Source of the DNA: an uncultured Clostridia bacterium
Lineage (GTDB): Bacteria; Bacillota; Clostridia; TANB77; CAG-508
Assembly: GCA_904381285.1 (NCBI GenBank)
Contig: CAJFII010000007.1
Span: 10,958 to 74,957 of the forward strand
DNA: 64,000 bases
Direction of reading: 5' to 3'
The notes beneath the pieces were generated by a model. That model made no database searches. It was given only the letters and a program-made list of their open reading frames with translations, and was not told where the DNA came from. A program made the translations under genes and the position numbers. Positions 19,997 through 30,982 of the stretch are shown piece after piece; the first letter of the stretch is position 1, and each line of letters opens with the position of its first letter.

Positions 19997-20788
19997 ATGG
20001 TATCATCAGAAATTAGACAAAAAGCCCGTGAAAGCCTTACAGGTAAATGGGGTAAAGCTGCACTTATGACTTTAGCATTTGCTATAATTGTTTTTGTTAT
20101 TGCTTTTATATGTAATATTGTACCAATTATAGGTCCAATTGCAAATTTTGTGATATCTTTACCTTTGTCTTATGGTTTTCTTGTTTCTTTTATGAAATTA
20201 AAAAGAGATGAAGAAGTTGGATATACTGATTTTATAACTAATGGATTTTCTGTTTTTGGCAAAGTATGGGGTGTTTTCGGTAATATTATTTTAAAAATGA
20301 TTTTACCAATTTGCTTAGTAGTAATATTTATAATTTTAATCTTTATAAGTCTAGGTGGAAGTATTGCCGGACTATTAACTTACAATTATAGTAGTCTACA
20401 TGCAAGTTCTTACGCTGTCGGTGCCACTGCAGGTTTTGGTGTATTAGGATTAATTGGTTTTATTGGATATATAGCTTCTTTAATTTATTTAGTTGTTAAA
20501 GGATTTTTATATGCTTTATCTTATTACATTTTAAATGACAATCCAAATATGAGTGGTAAAGAAATTGTTGCAGAAAGCGAAAGATTAATGAAAGGTAACA
20601 GAGCTAGATATTTCTGGTTAAGTCTTTCTTTCATTGGTTGGCTAATTCTTAGTGCATTTACATTATATATTGGACTACTATGGCTAGTACCTTATATAAT
20701 GATTTCAATGATTATCTTTTATGAAAATCTATCTAACAAAACTGAAGTAATAATTGATAATGATACAGCAGTAAAAACTGAAGAATAA
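19997..20788 (+). CDS. DUF975-family integral membrane protein
   Basis: N-terminal IRQKARESLTGKWGKAALMTLAF signature and multiple TM helices. Confidence 0.55.
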   Translation: MVSSEIRQKARESLTGKWGKAALMTLAFAIIVFVIAFICNIVPIIGPIANFVISLPLSYGFLVSFMKLKRDEEVGYTDFITNGFSVFGKVWGVFGNIILKMILPICLVVIFIILIFISLGGSIAGLLTYNYSSLHASSYAVGATAGFGVLGLIGFIGYIASLIYLVVKGFLYALSYYILNDNPNMSGKEIVAESERLMKGNRARYFWLSLSFIGWLILSAFTLYIGLLWLVPYIMISMIIFYENLSNKTEVIIDNDTAVKTEE

Positions 20789-20834
20789 TATTATATAATA
20801 TTTTAGGTGTTACGTTAAAAGTAACACCTATTTT

Positions 20835-22985
20835 TTATACATCTTTCATACTTAATTTTACTTTTTGTCTTTCTAAGTCAATTCCTATTATTTTTACCTT
20901 TACTATATCTCCTACTGAAACAATGTCTAAAGGATTTTTTACAAAACTATTGCTCATTTCTGATATGTGAACAAGTCCATCATGTTTTATACCTATATCT
21001 ACAAATGCACCAAAATCAATTACATTCCTTACAGTACCTTGTAAAACCATTCCTTCTTTTAGGTCTTCTATTTTTAATACATCACTTCTTAAAATTGGTT
21101 TTGGCATATCTTGTCTAGGATCTCTTCCTGGTTTTGTTAATTCATTTATTATATCTTGTAATGTCATTTCTCCTATTTCTAATTTAATTGCCATTTCTTT
21201 TATATTAATATTTGCTAATTGTTCTCTTATTTTAGTTAGTTTGTCTTTGTTTTTTATATCTTCTGGTTTGTAGTTCAAACTTTGTAATAGTTTTTCTGCT
21301 TTTTCATAACTTTCTGGATGCACTCCAGTTATTTCTAATGGATTTTCTCCATCAAATATTCTTATAAAACCTGCACATTGTTCATATGCTACTTTTCCTA
21401 ACTTTGGCACCTTTAATAATTGCTTTCTAGATTTTATTTTTCCATTTTCTTCTCTATATTTTACAATATTTTTGCTTATTGTGCTATTTAGTCCTGCTAC
21501 ATATGATAGTAGTGAAGGTGTAGCTGTATTTACATCTACTCCAACTTTGTTTACCGCATCCTCTACAACACCATTTAAACTCTCTTCTAATCTTTTTTGG
21601 TTTACATCATGTTGATATTGTCCAACCCCTATTGCTTTTGGATCTATTTTTACTAACTCTGCAAGTGGATCTTGTAAACGTCTTGCAATTGATATTGCTC
21701 CTCTTATAGATACATTTATATCTGGATATTCTTCTGTTGCAAGTTTTGATGCTGAATATACACTTGCTCCCGCTTCTGATACAATCGCATAATGTACAGT
21801 ATGTGATGCTTCTTTTATTACATTTGAAACAAATTGTTCTGATTCTCTTGATGCTGTACCATTTCCTATTGCTATCATATCCACATTATGTTTTTCTATT
21901 AATTCTAATAATACCTTTTTTGCTCCTTCTATATCATTTTGTGGCTCTGTTGGGTATATAGTTGCTGTATCTAGTACTTTTCCAGTTTCATCTATTACAG
22001 CTATTTTGCACCCTGTTCTATATGCTGGGTCAAATCCAATTACTGTTAGTCCCTTTAATGGTGCACCAAGTAGCAATTGTTTTGCATTTTTACCAAATAC
22101 TTTTATTGCTTGTTCTTCTGCTTTTTGGGTTAAATCTGAACGAATTTCCCTATCTACTGATGGCTCTATTAACCTTTTCCAAGCATCATTAATTGCTGTT
22201 TCTAGATATTCTTTTACAGGACTATCTTTTTTTACTATTTTTTTGATTAATAAATTTAATATTTTATCATCTGGTTTTTCTATTTTTACTTTGATAAATT
22301 CTTCTTTTTCTCCTCTATTTATTGCAAGTATTCTATGGCTTGGAATTTTATTTATATTTTCACTAAATTTATAATATATTTCATAATTTGATTTTTCGTC
22401 TGGTTTTGATGCCTTTGTTGTGATTATGGCTTCACGATAACATATTTTTTTGATTTGTTTTCTATATTCTGCATCATCTGAAATATTTTCCGCTATTATA
22501 TCTAATGCTCCATTAATTGCTTCTTCATAAGTTTTTATTCCTTTTTCTTCATCTATAAATTTAGTTGCTATTTTTTCTATGTTAGTTTCTTTTTGTTCCA
22601 TTATTATATCTGCAAGCGGTTCTAAACCTTTTTCTTTAGCTATAGTTGCTCTTGTTCTTTTCTTTTGTTTATATGGTCTATATATATCTTCTACTTCTGC
22701 AAGTGTTAATGCATTTTCTAGATTTTGTACGATTTCATCTGTTAGCTTTCCTTGTGTCTCAATAGATTTTTTTACTTCTTGTTTTCTTTGTTCTAAATTT
22801 CTTAAATAATTTAATCTTTCTCCTAAATTTCTTAATGTTTCGTCTGAAAGTCCTCCTGTTACTTCTTTTCTATAACGTGCTATAAATGGAATTGTATTTC
22901 CATCATCTATTAATTTCACTGTGTTTTCCACTTGTGTATATTTTACATTTAATTCATTTGCAATTGTTTGTATTATATTGTTCAT
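20835..22985 (-). CDS. tex: Transcription accessory protein Tex (YqgF/HhH/S1 domains)
   Basis: 716 aa. N-terminus ...VKLIDDGNTIPFIARYRKEVTGGL and a C-terminal S1 domain GMVLQGTVRNVIDFGAFVDIG. Confidence 0.9.
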   Translation of the reverse strand: MNNIIQTIANELNVKYTQVENTVKLIDDGNTIPFIARYRKEVTGGLSDETLRNLGERLNYLRNLEQRKQEVKKSIETQGKLTDEIVQNLENALTLAEVEDIYRPYKQKKRTRATIAKEKGLEPLADIIMEQKETNIEKIATKFIDEEKGIKTYEEAINGALDIIAENISDDAEYRKQIKKICYREAIITTKASKPDEKSNYEIYYKFSENINKIPSHRILAINRGEKEEFIKVKIEKPDDKILNLLIKKIVKKDSPVKEYLETAINDAWKRLIEPSVDREIRSDLTQKAEEQAIKVFGKNAKQLLLGAPLKGLTVIGFDPAYRTGCKIAVIDETGKVLDTATIYPTEPQNDIEGAKKVLLELIEKHNVDMIAIGNGTASRESEQFVSNVIKEASHTVHYAIVSEAGASVYSASKLATEEYPDINVSIRGAISIARRLQDPLAELVKIDPKAIGVGQYQHDVNQKRLEESLNGVVEDAVNKVGVDVNTATPSLLSYVAGLNSTISKNIVKYREENGKIKSRKQLLKVPKLGKVAYEQCAGFIRIFDGENPLEITGVHPESYEKAEKLLQSLNYKPEDIKNKDKLTKIREQLANINIKEMAIKLEIGEMTLQDIINELTKPGRDPRQDMPKPILRSDVLKIEDLKEGMVLQGTVRNVIDFGAFVDIGIKHDGLVHISEMSNSFVKNPLDIVSVGDIVKVKIIGIDLERQKVKLSMKDV

Positions 22986-23050
22986 AATATTTTCCTTTCT
23001 TTTTATATTATAACAACAAACCCTACTAATATAGCAGAGTTTGTCCTATT

Positions 23051-24634
23051 TTATTCTATTTCTAAATATTCATTGTATGTAACTTCTCTATCTATTATTT
23101 TTCCATCTTCTTTTATATCAATTATTCTATTTGCTACTGTTTGTGTTAATTGATGGTCATGTGAAGTAAATAGAATGTTTCCCTTAAAGTTTTTCATTCC
23201 TTCATTTACAGATGTAATACTTTCCATATCTAAATGATTTGTTGGTTCATCAAATATTAGAAAATTTGCACCAGATAACATCATTTTAGATAACACACAT
23301 CTTACTTTTTCTCCACCTGATAATACATTTACTTTTTTTAATGCTTCTTCTCCTGAAAATAGCATTCTACCTAAGAAACCTCTAACAAATGTTTCATCTG
23401 GATCTTTTGAATATTGCCTTAACCAATCTACTAATGTCATATCTTTTGTAAATAAATAATTATTATCTTTTGGGAAATATGAATGAGTTATTGTTGTTCC
23501 CCATATTAATTCTCCAGCATCTGGTTCTATTTCTCCTGCAATTATTTGGAATAATACAGTTTTTGCGTTTTCATTGTCTGCTAAAAATGCAATTTTATCT
23601 CCTTGCTTTACAGTAAATGAAATATTATCTAATATTTTTTCTCCATCAATAGTTTTTGAAATATTTTTTACTTGTAATATTTCTTTTCCTGGTTCTCTAT
23701 CAGGTTTAAAATCTACGTATGGATATCTTCTATTAGATGGTTTTATTTCTTCTAATTCAATTTTTTCTAATGATTTTTTTCTTGATGTAGCTTGTTTTGA
23801 TTTTGAAGCATTTGCACTAAATCTTGCAATAAATTCTTGTAATTCTTTTATTTTTTCTTCTTTTTTCTTGTTTGATTCTTTAGCTTGTTTTAATGCAAGT
23901 TGGCTAGATTCATACCAAAAGTCATAATTTCCAGGGTATAGTGTTATTTTTCCAAAATCAACATCTAGAGTATGTGTACATACCTTATTTAAGAAATATC
24001 TATCATGAGATACTACTATTACTGTATTTTCAAAGTTTATCAAAAATTCTTGTAACCAATTTATACTTTTTAAGTCTAGGTCATTTGTAGGCTCGTCTAA
24101 TAATAATACATCCGGATTTCCAAATAAACTTTGTGCTAATAACACTTTTACTTTTTGTCTTGCTTCAAGTTCTTTCATATATTTATAGTGAAACTCACTA
24201 TCTATTCCAAGTTCGTTTAATAATACTGCTGCATCTGATTCTGCATTCCATCCATCAAGTTCTGCAAATCTTTCTTCTAATTTTGCAGCTTTCATTCCAT
24301 CTTCTTCATTAAAATCTGGTTTTGCATATATTGCTTCTTTTTCTTTCATTATTTTATATAGTTCTTGGTTTCCCATAATAACTGTGTCTATTACTTTTTC
24401 TTCTTCATATGCAAAGTGGTCTTGTTTTAGAACTGATATTCTTTCTCCTTTATCTAGAGTTACTTCTCCTTTTGATGGTTCTATTTCTCCTGATAATACT
24501 TTTAAAAATGTTGATTTTCCAGCTCCATTTGCTCCTATTATTCCATAGCAATTTCCTTTTCCAAAACGTATATTTACATCTTCAAATAATACTCTTTTTC
24601 CAAATCTAATGGTTACACCATTTGCTACTAACAT
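23051..24634 (-). CDS. ABC-F family ATPase (two tandem ABC domains, no TM domain)
   Basis: Two Walker A motifs (GANGAGKST, ...), two LSGGE signature motifs and Walker B LLLDEPTN / IFDEPTN. At 527 aa it is typical of ABC-F translation factors. Confidence 0.85.
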   Translation of the reverse strand: MLVANGVTIRFGKRVLFEDVNIRFGKGNCYGIIGANGAGKSTFLKVLSGEIEPSKGEVTLDKGERISVLKQDHFAYEEEKVIDTVIMGNQELYKIMKEKEAIYAKPDFNEEDGMKAAKLEERFAELDGWNAESDAAVLLNELGIDSEFHYKYMKELEARQKVKVLLAQSLFGNPDVLLLDEPTNDLDLKSINWLQEFLINFENTVIVVSHDRYFLNKVCTHTLDVDFGKITLYPGNYDFWYESSQLALKQAKESNKKKEEKIKELQEFIARFSANASKSKQATSRKKSLEKIELEEIKPSNRRYPYVDFKPDREPGKEILQVKNISKTIDGEKILDNISFTVKQGDKIAFLADNENAKTVLFQIIAGEIEPDAGELIWGTTITHSYFPKDNNYLFTKDMTLVDWLRQYSKDPDETFVRGFLGRMLFSGEEALKKVNVLSGGEKVRCVLSKMMLSGANFLIFDEPTNHLDMESITSVNEGMKNFKGNILFTSHDHQLTQTVANRIIDIKEDGKIIDREVTYNEYLEIE

Positions 24635-24902
24635 TTTTCTTCCTCCTCTTTACAACTTCAATTATTATACATGATTTTATAGTGTTTTGCAAATATATTA
24701 GAAAAAGATATTTGGTATTGAATAATTAGCTTTACATAAATTTAATATTTTTAGTGCAAATATATTTGCATTAATTTAGAATAGTACTTTATATAATATT
24801 CTTCAAATGTAAAAAAACTTTGCATTAATTCCAAATAAATTTGCTAGACATTTAAAATAAAAGCTTATACAATATTTATATATTATAAAAGGGGATGATA
24901 AT

Positions 24903-25574
24903 ATGGATTTAGGAAGTAAAATTTGTAAATTAAGAAAAGATTCAAAAATGTCACAAGAGCAATTATCTGAAAAATTGAATGTTACTAGACAAACTATTTC
25001 AAATTGGGAATTAGGACAAACTGTACCTGATATATTTCAAGCAAAAGAAATTTCAAAAATATTTAATATTAGCTTAGATGAGCTTATGGATAATGATATA
25101 AAGAATATTCTAGTAGAAAAAGTTACTAATACAGAAAAAATGGCTAATACTACAATTAGAATCTTTAAATTTTTATCATTTATTATAATATGTATCCTTT
25201 TAATAGTTATTTCTTTGAATTTATTTTTTGTAATAAAAAACAGAAAAGAAACTACGGAATTGCAAAAAGAACAACAAATTCAAGAGCAAGCATTCAAAGA
25301 ATACATGGCAGATTCAGTATCTAAACGATTTAATATTAAAATAGACAATCAAGAATATGAATACTGTATACAATACGGCCCGGATTTTAAACCAATTAGT
25401 GAGCAAATTTCTTTAAAAAGTACTCCTAGTGATGAACTAATAGATAAATTTAATTCTTACTATATATATTTAAAAGGAACTTATGATATATATACAGATG
25501 CTAGAAAAAGAATAACAGATTTAAAACAATATTTTATTGATAAAGGAGGCTTTTGGGAAGAAGTATATTATTAA
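24903..25574 (+). CDS. XRE-family HTH transcriptional regulator with central TM segment and C-terminal extracytoplasmic domain
   Basis: N-terminal HTH LRKDSKMSQEQLSEKLNVTRQTISNWE and a TM segment FLSFIIICILLIVISLNLFFVI. Confidence 0.6.
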   Translation: MDLGSKICKLRKDSKMSQEQLSEKLNVTRQTISNWELGQTVPDIFQAKEISKIFNISLDELMDNDIKNILVEKVTNTEKMANTTIRIFKFLSFIIICILLIVISLNLFFVIKNRKETTELQKEQQIQEQAFKEYMADSVSKRFNIKIDNQEYEYCIQYGPDFKPISEQISLKSTPSDELIDKFNSYYIYLKGTYDIYTDARKRITDLKQYFIDKGGFWEEVYY

Positions 25575-25640
25575 AATCAAATCAATAATATTTTTAGTAA
25601 AGCATGTCTGAATTCCAGTTGTGCTTTTTCTAACAAAATT

Positions 25641-26525
25641 TTAACTAAATAGTTTTTGATTTTTTCTGTTATCTAAATCTTCTACTTTTTTAATGCTATT
25701 ACTATCTTGCAAAATACTATATTGCTTTTTAGCTATTGCATTTAATCTTTCAAGTCTTACATTTTGTTCTATTCCTTGAGCTATCATTTCGCTATTTAAG
25801 TTCTCTAAATTACTTAAAATTATTAGCTGAAGAATATTAGCATAATCTCTCATATTACCATCTAAATCAGGATTTTTATCCTTCCATTCCTTTGCAGTCA
25901 TTCCAAATAATGCAACATTTAAAATATCTGCTTCATTTGCATACACATATAATTTCTGTTTTTCAGTTAGCGTTGGAATTATATTTTCTTTTATGCTATC
26001 AGTATGTATTTTATAATTTGTTTTTGCAAGTTCTCGTCTAACTGACCAATTAATTTTGTTTTGATAACTTTCATTTTGTTTTAGTCTTTCAAATTCTTTT
26101 ACTAAATATAATTTAAATTCCGCACTTATCCAACTTGCAAATTCAAAAGCTATATCTGGATGAGCATAAGTTCCACTATTATATCTACCTTGTTTTGATA
26201 TTATTCCAATTGCATTTGTTGAACCTATCCACTTTTTAGGAGTCATTACAAAAGAATGTGTACCAGCTTCATTTTTAAACCCATCGAATTCGGTGGAATT
26301 AAAATTTTGATTATATAACATCTCCCATGTTCCTACATATTCCAATGTATGTTTGCTTCTAAGCCAGTTTTGAATAATATAATCAAATCTTTCTTCATCT
26401 TTGAATTTAGCTAAATCTGTTAAAGAAATATAATCTACATTACCAACTCTCATAACTTTTATAGACGTATCTTTTACTACTATTTCTGTTTTTATGAGTT
26501 CTTTCTTCATAAATACCACTTCCAT
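25641..26525 (-). CDS. KilA-N domain protein (phage-derived DNA-binding family)
   Basis: N-terminal ...IKVMRVGNVDYISLTDLAKFKDEERFDYIIQNW matches the KilA-N/APSES pattern. The likely true start is MKKELIK at ~26510. Confidence 0.55.
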   Translation of the reverse strand: MEVVFMKKELIKTEIVVKDTSIKVMRVGNVDYISLTDLAKFKDEERFDYIIQNWLRSKHTLEYVGTWEMLYNQNFNSTEFDGFKNEAGTHSFVMTPKKWIGSTNAIGIISKQGRYNSGTYAHPDIAFEFASWISAEFKLYLVKEFERLKQNESYQNKINWSVRRELAKTNYKIHTDSIKENIIPTLTEKQKLYVYANEADILNVALFGMTAKEWKDKNPDLDGNMRDYANILQLIILSNLENLNSEMIAQGIEQNVRLERLNAIAKKQYSILQDSNSIKKVEDLDNRKNQKLFS

Positions 26526-26699
26526 TTTTTAATTCTGTATACATTTTAAAACATTTGTTTGTATTTGTCAATAAAAATTTATAAAATATTTTTTATCTAT
26601 AAATCTTACTTTTGACATTAGTTTTTTCATTAAATGCACAGAAAAAAAGCAATTAAATAAAAACAATTTTGTGTTTTTATTAACTGCTTTCCCATCTTT

Positions 26700-26900
26700 T
26701 TAGTTTTTGTCAAATAATAATTTAATTGCCCATAGTCCTGATATTCCAACTAGAATGTATATTATTCTTGACATTAATGTCATATGACCAAATATTGTTT
26801 CTACTAAATTAAAGTTAAATAATCCTATTAATCCCCATACAATTGCTCCTATTATTACTAACACTAGGGCTATTTTATCTATTATTTTCATTATAGTCAC
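26700..26900 (-). CDS. DUF378 small membrane protein
   Basis: 66 aa, two TM helices, KIALVLVIIGAIVWGLIGLF signature. It is flanked by hairpin terminators at 26640-26699 and 26985-27035. Confidence 0.6.
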   Translation of the reverse strand: MTIMKIIDKIALVLVIIGAIVWGLIGLFNFNLVETIFGHMTLMSRIIYILVGISGLWAIKLLFDKN

Positions 26901-27040
26901 TCCTAACTTTTTTATTTTTCTTTGTTAGTATTAGTAATTTAAATTTTTTTATTCATTTGTTTTTTGGTAATTTTTAACAAAAAAAGATAAATAGAATTTA
27001 CTAAAACTAGTATAACTATTTATCTTTTTATTATTTATCT

Positions 27041-27991
27041 TTAATTTAATAAATCCCTTCTTTTTAACATTAATACAGCTATTATAGTAACTAATATAGA
27101 TATTACCACTAGTATTGGAAAACCAAATGGATGATTTTGTAATGGTACTGGCACATTCATTCCCCACAAGCTTGCTATTAACGTTGGTATTGCAAGTATA
27201 ATTGTTATTGATGTTAAAAATTTCATAACTCCATTTAGATTATTTGATATTATTGATGCATATGCATCCATTGTTCCATTTAGGATGTCAGTATATATTT
27301 TGCTCATTTCTATTGCTTGTTTATTTTCTATAATTGCATCTTCTAGTATATCTTCATCTTCATCATATAATTTTAATATTTTTCCTCTAAGTGTTTTTTC
27401 CATTACTACTTCATTTGATTTTAATGAAGTAGTAAAATATACTAATCCTTTTTCTAAACTTAATAATTTTAATAGTTCTCTATTTTTCATTGAATTTTTA
27501 AGTATGGATTCTGCAATTTCTGTTTCTTTATTTATTTGTTTTAGGTATGTTAAATAATGTGCTGCATTTGTATACATTATTTGTAACAGAAATCTACTTT
27601 TCTTATATGTAGAAAATCCTTTTACTCTTTTCTTTTCAAAACTCTCTATAATGAAATTTTTCTTTAATGATACTGTTATAAAGTATTCATCTCTTACAAC
27701 TATCATACCAAGTGGCATAGTTGTATATATTTCAGTTTCTTTTTCTTTTTCTATAATAGGAACATCAACAACGAAAAGAATAGTTCCATCTTCATCTTCT
27801 TCGTCTATTCTGGCTTTTTCTTCATAGTCGAGTGAATATCTGATAAAATCCTCTTTTATTTTTACAGCCTTACATACTTTTTTTATTTCTTCATCTGTTG
27901 GATTTACCATATTTATCCAACTTCCATTTTCTATTTCTTTTAATGTTTTTAACTCATTTGTATTTATATCTGAGTTGTATATTTTTATCAT
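27041..27991 (-). CDS. corA: CorA-family magnesium/cobalt transporter
   Basis: C-terminal two TM helices with the GMN motif (LWGMNVPVP) and a large N-terminal cytoplasmic domain. Confidence 0.8.
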   Translation of the reverse strand: MIKIYNSDINTNELKTLKEIENGSWINMVNPTDEEIKKVCKAVKIKEDFIRYSLDYEEKARIDEEDEDGTILFVVDVPIIEKEKETEIYTTMPLGMIVVRDEYFITVSLKKNFIIESFEKKRVKGFSTYKKSRFLLQIMYTNAAHYLTYLKQINKETEIAESILKNSMKNRELLKLLSLEKGLVYFTTSLKSNEVVMEKTLRGKILKLYDEDEDILEDAIIENKQAIEMSKIYTDILNGTMDAYASIISNNLNGVMKFLTSITIILAIPTLIASLWGMNVPVPLQNHPFGFPILVVISILVTIIAVLMLKRRDLLN

Positions 27992-28129
27992 AATATCACC
28001 CCTTATATTTTTGCTCCATTTATTATTATATTCCTTTATTCTATTTTTTTCTACCCTTTTTTACATTTTTAAGTATTATTTAGACAAAAAACAACTTACA
28101 AACTTTTGCTATTTGTAAGTTGTTTTTAA

Positions 28130-28205
28130 TGGTGAGCCATAGAGGGATCGAACCTCCGACCGTCAGATTAAGAGTCTGCTGCTCTACCAGCTGAGCTAAT
28201 GGCCC
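28130..28205 (-). tRNA. tRNA-Lys (anticodon CTT)
   Basis: Manual cloverleaf: acceptor GGGCCAT/ATGGCTC, D-arm GCTCAGCTGGTAGAGC, anticodon loop CTCTTAA, T-arm GGAGGTTCGATCCCTCT, encoded CCA. A 13-bp hairpin terminator follows on the minus strand (28086-28127). Confidence 0.85.
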
Positions 28206-28267
28206 ATTTTTAACAGTATTATTATAATTCCAAAGTACTGCTTTTGTCAATACTTTGGAATTAAAGA

Positions 28268-29869
28268 TTATTTTTTTGTTCCTTTTTCTACAATTCTTTC
28301 TAGTGGATTGTATGAATCTTTTGATAATAATGTTTTTGATACTACTTGACCATTTAACTTTAAAATTTTGTATGCCTCACTTTTATATCCATTTACTCCT
28401 TTTTGTATTTCATTTTCTACTCCTTCTTCTAATTCATCATTCTCTATATATTTAGTTGTATATGGTATTACTTCTGTTATTTCGTCTTGTATTTCAACTT
28501 CATATTCAACTTCTTCTTCTATTCCGTATATACTAATTTCGCAAATTCCATTTTTCGAAATACATTCTATTTTTATTGGATATGTTCTGTTATTTTTGAA
28601 TTTTAAATCTATTGTTCCATATGATACTGTTGCATCTCTACTTGCGGGAACATATGAAGTTATAAAATAATGATTTCTTCTACTAACAATTTCTAAATTT
28701 GCTTCTAATGCTGCATTATATAATGTAGATGATACTTGACATATTCCTCCACCTATTCCATCTACTACTTTTCCATTCATATATACTGAAGCTTCTTTAT
28801 ATCCTGCCTTTATTGTTCTTGCTCCTACTACTTTATTATAAGAAAATGTTTCTCCTGGCATTAATGTAGTTCCATTTATTTTTTCAGATGATAGCTTTAT
28901 ATTAGTGCTTCTATTTACATTACTTTCATCATATCTAGTTATATAGTTAGATAATTTTTGCGGAAAAAAGTTTTCATAGTTTAAGTCTGTTGTTTTTATT
29001 TCTGGTTCAGTAATATTTAGTGGAATTACATACTCTTCTTTTTCTTCTTCTAGCATTTTTTTTGCTTCATCAATAGATATTTTAAAATCTACCCCATTTA
29101 CTTCTGTATGTAACTCAAACGGATCTTCTTCATAATAGGCATTTTGTGGTTCTTTATATATTTCTTCTCTTATTTTTTCAATATCTATTTTTTCTGGCTC
29201 TTTTTCTTCTATTGGTATTTCTATTATGCCAACCTCTTCACCTTTTACTTGTCTTTTTATTGCATCTATTATAGTATTTTTAAATTCCTCTTTTTTTACT
29301 TGAATTCCAGCTTTTCCATTCTGAATAATTAAATTATCTCCTTCTATATAATATGAACTCTCTACTACTATTCCTGGTATTTTTGCTGAAATATCATCAA
29401 TAATTTTGTTAAGTTCTTCTTCATTTATATTAATTTCTTTTTCTATTTTTTTATTAAATATTCTTGTTAATAAAACTTCATAATTACTAATTATTATATT
29501 AGTATTTCTTCCTACTTTATAAGCATCATTTACCGCTTCTGCAGTATTATATGATACTTCTAATTGTCCTAAACTAATTGTTGTTTCATATTCCCCTTGT
29601 TTTACTGTTAAATTTTTAGATACCTGCTTTTCTAAATCTTCTCTTATTTTTTGATATGCTTCATTTATGGTTAATCTTGATACATCTATTTGATTAATTT
29701 TTACTCCTGTAATTATTTTATCATTTACTGAATTAGTTATTGCAAATATTGTAGATAATATTAAAACTGCAAATATTATAGAAGTAGGTATAATTATTTT
29801 TTTTATATATTTTTTAAATATACTATTTTTATTAGATTGTTGTCTTTTCCTTCTATTATTACCTCTCAT
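28268..29869 (-). CDS. VanW-family protein with N-terminal membrane anchor
   Basis: VanW signature ...GGGICQVSSTLYNAALEANLEIV..., an N-terminal TM segment, and a PG_binding_4-like region. Confidence 0.8.
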   Translation of the reverse strand: MRGNNRRKRQQSNKNSIFKKYIKKIIIPTSIIFAVLILSTIFAITNSVNDKIITGVKINQIDVSRLTINEAYQKIREDLEKQVSKNLTVKQGEYETTISLGQLEVSYNTAEAVNDAYKVGRNTNIIISNYEVLLTRIFNKKIEKEININEEELNKIIDDISAKIPGIVVESSYYIEGDNLIIQNGKAGIQVKKEEFKNTIIDAIKRQVKGEEVGIIEIPIEEKEPEKIDIEKIREEIYKEPQNAYYEEDPFELHTEVNGVDFKISIDEAKKMLEEEKEEYVIPLNITEPEIKTTDLNYENFFPQKLSNYITRYDESNVNRSTNIKLSSEKINGTTLMPGETFSYNKVVGARTIKAGYKEASVYMNGKVVDGIGGGICQVSSTLYNAALEANLEIVSRRNHYFITSYVPASRDATVSYGTIDLKFKNNRTYPIKIECISKNGICEISIYGIEEEVEYEVEIQDEITEVIPYTTKYIENDELEEGVENEIQKGVNGYKSEAYKILKLNGQVVSKTLLSKDSYNPLERIVEKGTKK

Positions 29870-29951
29870 ATTTTCTCCTTTTTATTTAATTACACGTTAA
29901 TACTATCACAGTTTTTTTTACTTTACAATATTTATTTTATTCTATTTTTTA

Positions 29952-30155
29952 TTAATTATTATCCCCAAAAAATATTTCTGTTATAGATTTTCCTAACGTT
30001 TGTGCTATATTTTCCATTATTTTGGTGGATGGATTTTGTCTTGTTCCTTTTTCCAAATGACACAAATAGCCTGTTGAAATACCTGTCTTTTTAGCCAACT
30101 CTTCTAAATTCATTCCTTTTTCTTTTCTATATTCTCTTATTCTATTTTTATACAT
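29952..30155 (-). CDS. Small XRE-family HTH regulator (Cro-like)
   Basis: 67 aa, HTH LEELAKKTGISTGYLCHLEKG. It is divergent from the CI-like gene. Confidence 0.65.
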   Translation of the reverse strand: MYKNRIREYRKEKGMNLEELAKKTGISTGYLCHLEKGTRQNPSTKIMENIAQTLGKSITEIFFGDNN

Positions 30156-30327
30156 ATTTTTCTCCTTTCATTTACAATTTGTCAATATTATACCAATGCT
30201 AATTTGACAAGTCAATCTTTTTATGATATTTTTTTATAAAATTTAATATTTTTTTCATTTACTGGTAGACAAATTGTGTTTTTTTATATATAATAATGAA
30301 AAAATATGGAAAAAGAGGTAGAAATTT

Positions 30328-30897
30328 ATGATTGGTGATATGATTGCAAAAGCAAGAAAAGAAAAAAAGATGACTAAAACAGAGCTTTCAAGACTAACTG
30401 ACATTAATATCGGTCATTTAACACACATTGAAAAAGGAGAAAGAAATCCTAGCCATAAAGCATTAAAAAATATTTGCAAAGCTTTAGATATTCCTTATCA
30501 ACAATTAATGTATACTTATGATAAAGTTATTAACGAAGATCAAGAAAACTATAATGTTATAAGCCATATTTCTTATAATAAATTATTAGCTGTAGATTCT
30601 GTTAGTGGATTTATTGATTGTCCATCTAATGTCCCTAGTTCTGCTATTGCTTTAAGAGTAAATGATGATTCTATGGCTCCTACCTTTGCAGAGGGAACAT
30701 ACGTATTCATAGAGTTTAATACTCCTTTAAATAGCAAAGACTATGGTTTGTTTAGTTTAAATGGAGATATCATCATAAGAAAATTTTTTACAAGAAACGG
30801 AAAAATTATTTTAAAAGCTGATAACAAGAAAATGCCTGAAATTTCTGTAAAAAAGGATGATGAATTTTACATTATTGGAAAAATTTTATCAAAATAA
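30328..30897 (+). CDS. CI/LexA-like repressor: XRE HTH fused to S24 peptidase domain
   Basis: HTH LSRLTDINIGHLTHIEKGE and an S24 Ser-Lys dyad context (VNDDSMAPTF ... IIRKF). Confidence 0.7.
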   Translation: MIGDMIAKARKEKKMTKTELSRLTDINIGHLTHIEKGERNPSHKALKNICKALDIPYQQLMYTYDKVINEDQENYNVISHISYNKLLAVDSVSGFIDCPSNVPSSAIALRVNDDSMAPTFAEGTYVFIEFNTPLNSKDYGLFSLNGDIIIRKFFTRNGKIILKADNKKMPEISVKKDDEFYIIGKILSK

Positions 30898-30982
30898 TGA
30901 ATTTCTTGTAAAAAATACTTGAATATTTGTTTTTTTAATAATATAATATGGATACAAAAGATAAATAAGGAGAGATATAGTA

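Noticed and set aside
28130-28205. tRNA-Lys as an integration site for a mobile element (KilA-N, XRE and CI/Cro genes nearby)
   Set aside because: No integrase/recombinase gene and no direct repeat of the tRNA 3' end was found in the window. The neighbouring genes (corA, VanW) look like core genes.
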